From assembly GCA_964194905.1 (NCBI GenBank), contig CAXMOD010000074.1:3940-67939 (forward strand): 64,000 bases of DNA, read 5' to 3'. The notes beneath the pieces were generated by a model. That model was given only the letters and a program-made list of their open reading frames with translations. It was not told the origin of the DNA and made no database searches. The stretch comes from an uncultured Desulfobacterales bacterium (GTDB lineage Bacteria; Myxococcota_A; UBA9160; JAFDET01). How positions within the stretch are numbered: the first letter of the stretch is position 1; each line of letters starts with the position of its first letter. This document shows positions 60,204 through 64,000 of the stretch, one piece after another. A program made the translations under genes and the position numbers.

Positions 60204-62089
60204 AACAGCAGCAGTTCCTCGACGTGATCGATCGCGACGAAGCGGAAGCCCGCTGGCACGCAGCGCTGGACCTGCCGCTGATGCCGCCGGAAATCATCCA
60301 CCTGGGCGACACGCTGGGCCGCATCCTGGCCGAGAACGTGCGCGCGGACGTGGACGTGCCTTCCTTCGACCGCTCCAACATGGACGGCTTCGCCGTCCAG
60401 GCGCGCGACACCTTCGGCGCGATGGAGGAGGCGCCGGTGCGCCTGCGCCTCAACCGGGAGACGATCCCGACGGGCGTCGAGCCGGGCGAAGAGGTGAAGC
60501 CCGGCAGCGCCACCACCATCGCCACGGGTGGCATGCTGCCCCGCGGCGCCGATGCGGTGGTTCCGGTGGAGGACACCGACGTCGAAGAGGACGGGGAGAC
60601 GCTGGTGGTGCGCCGCGCCATGGTTCCGGGTGGCGCCATCTCCTTCGCCGGCACCGACATCGGCCGCGGCGAGACGGTGCTCTTCGCCGGGACGAGGCTC
60701 ACCTCGCGCGAGACCGGCATGCTCGCGGCCATCGGCCGTGAACACGTGCGGGTGGTGCGCCGTCCCAAGGTGGCGGTTCTCTCCACGGGCAACGAGATCG
60801 TCGAGCCCGGCGCACCCATGCGACCCGGCCTGGTGTTCGACAGCAACGCGCGCATCCTGTGCGACGCGGTCACCGAGCTGGGCGGCGAGCCCTGGTTCGT
60901 GGGCACGTTCCTGGACGATGAGACGGCGCTGCACGCCGGCCTCGAGCGGGCGCGCCGCGAGGCCGACGTGATCCTGCTCTCGGGCGGCACGTCGAAGGGC
61001 GAGGGCGACCTCAACGCGCTGGTGGTCGGCGAGCTCGACCCCGGCATCGTGGTGCACGGCGTGGCGCTGAAGCCGGGCAAGCCCATCTGCCTGGCCTCCG
61101 ACCGGGGCCGGCCGGTGGTGGTCCTGCCCGGCTTCCCGACCTCCGCGGTCTTCACCTTCCACGAGTTCGTGGCGCCGGTGATCCGTCGCCTCCAGGGACT
61201 ACCCGCCGCCGCACGGGAGACCACGCCGGCGCACATGGCGGTGCAGGTGACCTCGGAGCGCGGTCGTCTCGAGTACCTGCTCGTAGGACTCGTGCAGGGC
61301 GCCGACGGCCTTGCGGCCTACCCCATGGGCAAGGGCAGCGGCAGCGTGACCGCCTTCAGCCGCGCCGACGGCTTCGTGCGCGTGGGGCGCAACGTGGAGA
61401 TCGTGGAGGCCGGGAGCCGCGTAGACGTGACGCTCATCGGCCGCCAACTCGAGCCGGCCGACCTGGTCCTGATCGGGAGCCATTGCATCGGCCTCGACGC
61501 CATTGCCGCCGCAATGCTCGCCGAAGGCTTTCGCGTGAAGATCCTCTCGGTCGGAAGCCAGGGCGGGCTCGCCGCCGCGCGGCGCGGCGAGTGCGACGCC
61601 GCGCCGATCCACCTGCTCGATCCGGAAAGCGGCGAGTACAACCAGCCCTTCCTCTCCGACGGGCTGCGCCTGTTGCGCGGCTATACGCGCATGCAGGGCG
61701 TCGTGACCCGCTCGCGGGAGAAGCGCGACCTGGAGGCCCTGCTGGACGATCCGACCCTGCGCATGGTGAACCGAAACCGCGGCGCGGGTACGCGCATCCT
61801 GATCGACCAGCTCCTGGGCGAACGGCGCCCGCCGGGTTTTGCCTACGAGCCGCGTTCCCACAACGCCGTAGCGGCCGCCGTGGCCCAGGGCCGCGCCGAC
61901 TGGGGAGTCACCATCGGGCCGGTAGCCGCGGCGGCCAAGTTGCGCTTCCGTCCGCTGCGCGCCGAGCACTTCGATTTCGTGGTGCCCGAGGACCGCTGGG
62001 ACAGGCCCGCGCTTCAGGCGCTGCGGCGTGCGCTCGAACCGGGATCCACCACGCGGGCGGAACTCGTACACTTGGGATTCGACGAATGA
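60200..62089 (+). CDS. moeA: Second MoeA paralogue fused to a C-terminal periplasmic-binding-protein-like (PBP/oxyanion-binding type) domain
   Basis: ATGA overlap with the first moeA. Motifs SNMDGFAV, IATGGMLPRGADAVV, LSGGTSKGEGD and LPGFPTS, then ~210 aa of PBP-like fold (LVLIGSHCIGLD..HLLD..NRNRGAGTR). Confidence 0.85.
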   Translation: MKQQQFLDVIDRDEAEARWHAALDLPLMPPEIIHLGDTLGRILAENVRADVDVPSFDRSNMDGFAVQARDTFGAMEEAPVRLRLNRETIPTGVEPGEEVKPGSATTIATGGMLPRGADAVVPVEDTDVEEDGETLVVRRAMVPGGAISFAGTDIGRGETVLFAGTRLTSRETGMLAAIGREHVRVVRRPKVAVLSTGNEIVEPGAPMRPGLVFDSNARILCDAVTELGGEPWFVGTFLDDETALHAGLERARREADVILLSGGTSKGEGDLNALVVGELDPGIVVHGVALKPGKPICLASDRGRPVVVLPGFPTSAVFTFHEFVAPVIRRLQGLPAAARETTPAHMAVQVTSERGRLEYLLVGLVQGADGLAAYPMGKGSGSVTAFSRADGFVRVGRNVEIVEAGSRVDVTLIGRQLEPADLVLIGSHCIGLDAIAAAMLAEGFRVKILSVGSQGGLAAARRGECDAAPIHLLDPESGEYNQPFLSDGLRLLRGYTRMQGVVTRSREKRDLEALLDDPTLRMVNRNRGAGTRILIDQLLGERRPPGFAYEPRSHNAVAAAVAQGRADWGVTIGPVAAAAKLRFRPLRAEHFDFVVPEDRWDRPALQALRRALEPGSTTRAELVHLGFDE

Positions 62090-62895
62090 GAGCCCTCCTC
62101 ATCCTCCCCGTCCTTCTGGCGTGCGGCGGCCCGCCTGCGGACACGGTGCTCGACGTAGCCACGACGACGAGCACCCGCGACTCCGGTCTCTTCGACGAGA
62201 TCCTGCCCGCCTTCCAGCAGAGCAGCGGGCTCGAGGTGCGGCTCATCGCAGTGGGAAGCGGTGCGGCACTGCGCATGGGCGCCGACGGCGAGGTGGACGT
62301 GCTGATCACCCACGCGCCCGAAGGCGAAGAGGAGCTCGTGGCGCAGGGCAAGCTCGTGGACCGCACGCCCTTCATGCGCAACTGGTTCGTGCTGGCGGGC
62401 CCGCCCGAGGACCCCGCCGGCGCACGCGGTGCCGCGAACGCCGCGGACGCGCTGCGCCGCATCGCCGCGGCCGAGGCCCCCTTCGTGAGCCGCGCCGACG
62501 ACTCGGGCACGCACCGCCGCGAGAGGGCCCTGCTCGCCGCCGCCGGCCTCGATCCGGAGGCGACGTGGCCCGGTGTGGAGCGCACCAACGCCGGCATGGG
62601 CCAGTCCCTCCAGGTCGCCGGCGAACGGCGCGCCTACATTCTCTCGGACGTGGGCACCTTCGAGGCCTTCCGGGAGCGCATCGATCTGGTGGGCTTCTCG
62701 GACCGAGACGATCCCGAGCTGGCCAACATCTACGCGGTGAGTCGCCCGGCGCCTGCCGGGGGCCGCGAGCTCAACGTGGAAGGCGCGAAGCGGCTCGCCG
62801 CGTACCTCAGCGCTCCCGGGACTCAACGCGAGATCGCCGCGTTCCGCGGCGGGGAACTCTTCGTGCCGCTTCTCCTCGACGAGGGGGGTCCGTGA
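62086..62895 (+). CDS. tupA: Tungstate ABC transporter substrate-binding lipoprotein (TupA type)
   Basis: ATGA overlap with the upstream gene. Lipobox LLACG. TupA signature VATTTSTRDSGLFDEILPAF. Confidence 0.85.
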   Translation: MRALLILPVLLACGGPPADTVLDVATTTSTRDSGLFDEILPAFQQSSGLEVRLIAVGSGAALRMGADGEVDVLITHAPEGEEELVAQGKLVDRTPFMRNWFVLAGPPEDPAGARGAANAADALRRIAAAEAPFVSRADDSGTHRRERALLAAAGLDPEATWPGVERTNAGMGQSLQVAGERRAYILSDVGTFEAFRERIDLVGFSDRDDPELANIYAVSRPAPAGGRELNVEGAKRLAAYLSAPGTQREIAAFRGGELFVPLLLDEGGP

Positions 62896-63533
62896 ACGAG
62901 CTCCTCGAGGTCGCGCTGCGCACGCTGGCGGTCTCCGGCGCAGCGCTGGTCTTCGCCGTGGCCATCGGTCTTCCGATCGGTTTCGTGCTCGGGCGCTACC
63001 GCTTCTTCGGGCGCGGTCTCCTGGTGGCGCTCGCCAACTCGGGCATGGGACTCCCCCCGGTGGTCGTAGGGCTCGCCGTGGCGCTGCTTCTGTGGCGCAG
63101 CGGGCCTCTCGGTGAGCTGCGTCTCATGTACACGCCGCGGGCCATGGTGCTGGCGCAGCTCGTGATCGCGCTGCCGCTCATCATCGGCATCACGCTGGCC
63201 TCCGTCGGGCAGCTCCCCGAGGACTTCCACCTCCAGGTGCGTGCCATGGGGCTGCGCCGGGGCCGGGCTGCGTGGGTGCTGGTGCGCGAGATCCGGCTCG
63301 GCCTGTTGGCCGCGGTGATCGTGGCGCTCGGCGGGATCCTCTCCGAAGTGGGCGCCGTCATGATGGTGGGCGGCAATCTCGAAGGACAGACGCGCGTGCT
63401 CACCACGGGAATCCTCACGTACGTGCAGATGGGGCGCTACGAGGACGCCCTCGCGCTGGCCGCGCTCCTGTTGGGGCTCACCTTCGTGCTGGCCGGCACC
63501 CTCACCGCCATCCAACAGGCGCGCCGCGCATGA
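62892..63533 (+). CDS. tupB: Tungstate ABC transporter permease
   Basis: GTGA overlap with tupA. 213 aa, about 5 TM helices, ABC-permease EAA-like loop region. Confidence 0.8.
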   Translation: MNELLEVALRTLAVSGAALVFAVAIGLPIGFVLGRYRFFGRGLLVALANSGMGLPPVVVGLAVALLLWRSGPLGELRLMYTPRAMVLAQLVIALPLIIGITLASVGQLPEDFHLQVRAMGLRRGRAAWVLVREIRLGLLAAVIVALGGILSEVGAVMMVGGNLEGQTRVLTTGILTYVQMGRYEDALALAALLLGLTFVLAGTLTAIQQARRA

Positions 63534-64000
63534 GCGCCACACCCGCGCTCGCCGTCCGTGATCTCGAGCTGACTCGCGGTGGGTTCACTCTGCGCGTGCC
63601 GGACCTCGATCTGCGCGCGGGCGAAGCCGTGGCCGTGCTCGGCCCCAACGGTGCCGGAAAGAGCACGCTGCTGCGCGCGATGGCGGACCTGCTGCCGCTG
63701 AGTTCGGGCGAGGTGACGCGCGCCGCTGGGTGCGACGTGGCCCTCGTCTTCCAGCGGCCCATCGCGTTCTCCGGCACGGTGGCGCGCAATGTGGAGCTTC
63801 CGCTCTGGGCGCAGCGTCTGCCGCGCACGGAGCGTCGCGAGCGGGCCCACGCGGCCATGGAGGAGTTCGGGATCGCTCCGCTGGCGGAGCGCGATGCCGC
63901 CACGCTCTCCGGCGGCGAGCTGCGCCGCCTGGCCCTGGCGCGGGCCTTTGCCACGCAGCCCGACGTGCTGCTGCTCGACGAGCCCTTCGACGACCTCGAC
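63530..64000 (+). CDS. tupC: Tungstate ABC transporter ATP-binding protein (partial, runs off the window)
   Basis: ATGA overlap with tupB. Not in the ORF track because no stop codon is reached. Walker A GPNGAGKST, signature LSGGE, Walker B LLLDEPF. Confidence 0.85.
   Translation, partial: MSATPALAVRDLELTRGGFTLRVPDLDLRAGEAVAVLGPNGAGKSTLLRAMADLLPLSSGEVTRAAGCDVALVFQRPIAFSGTVARNVELPLWAQRLPRTERRERAHAAMEEFGIAPLAERDAATLSGGELRRLALARAFATQPDVLLLDEPFDDLD

Noticed and set aside
1-64000. Scan for mobile elements, prophage, toxin-antitoxin, restriction-modification, CRISPR-Cas, reverse transcriptases, tRNA and rRNA genes
   Set aside because: I found no transposase, integrase, RT, Cas or nuclease motifs, no terminal inverted repeats, no tRNA-like T-arm sequences and no compositional island. 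Every long confident ORF has a housekeeping-type assignment or is a plain hypothetical.

Overview
This is a very GC-rich, tightly packed chromosomal segment with about 60 protein-coding genes. Start/stop overlaps of 1-14 nt are frequent and non-coding DNA is scarce. MlaA/MlaC, a PEP-CTERM protein, lipoprotein signals and Tat signals point to a diderm bacterium. I saw no rRNA, tRNA, CRISPR array, transposase, integrase, phage gene or recognisable defence system, so the window reads as core metabolic DNA rather than an accessory island.

Gene content:
- Sulfur and cofactor genes: cysH, bioA, nadE, and a Moco/tungsten block.
- Many peptidases and amidohydrolases: M28-PDZ, amidase, M19, GGT, M20, CocE/NonD, M48-LysM.
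- A marked concentration of glycerolipid, inositol and lipid-transport genes: HAD-PlsC fusion, gpsA, MIPS, IPCT/DIPPS-like fusion, glpD, DAG-kinase-family kinase, mlaA, mlaC, TVP38.
- Central metabolism and signalling: aconitase, two histidine-kinase-like genes, apaH and a DHH phosphoesterase.

Most noteworthy observations:
1. A translationally coupled inositol module, 19048-23115: MIPS, then an IPCT/DIPPS-type fusion, then a CocE/NonD hydrolase.
2. A 64-aa bacterial histone-fold (DUF1931/Bd0055-like) gene at 16222-16416, flanked by a near-consensus promoter and a strong hairpin terminator.
3. An unexplained ~400-bp spacer at 54125-54529 with lower codon bias, between convergent genes, carrying duplicated GAAA-loop hairpin modules. 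It is a candidate structured RNA of no family I can recognise.
4. A tungsten block at 56921-64000: MoaD-like, aldehyde:ferredoxin oxidoreductase, MoeA, MoeA-PBP fusion and TupABC.
5. A GntR-controlled operon with a perfect 15-bp inverted-repeat operator. It couples glpD and a lipid kinase to a bacterial Qng1 (DUF2419) queuosine-salvage homologue and a small permease.
6. A G-quadruplex-type 12-nt tandem repeat that fills the aconitase/TVP38 convergent spacer.

Many of the long ORFs in the supplied track are antisense or out-of-frame shadow ORFs typical of high-GC DNA, and I did not call them. All family assignments rest on motif recognition by eye and need HMM or structure confirmation.
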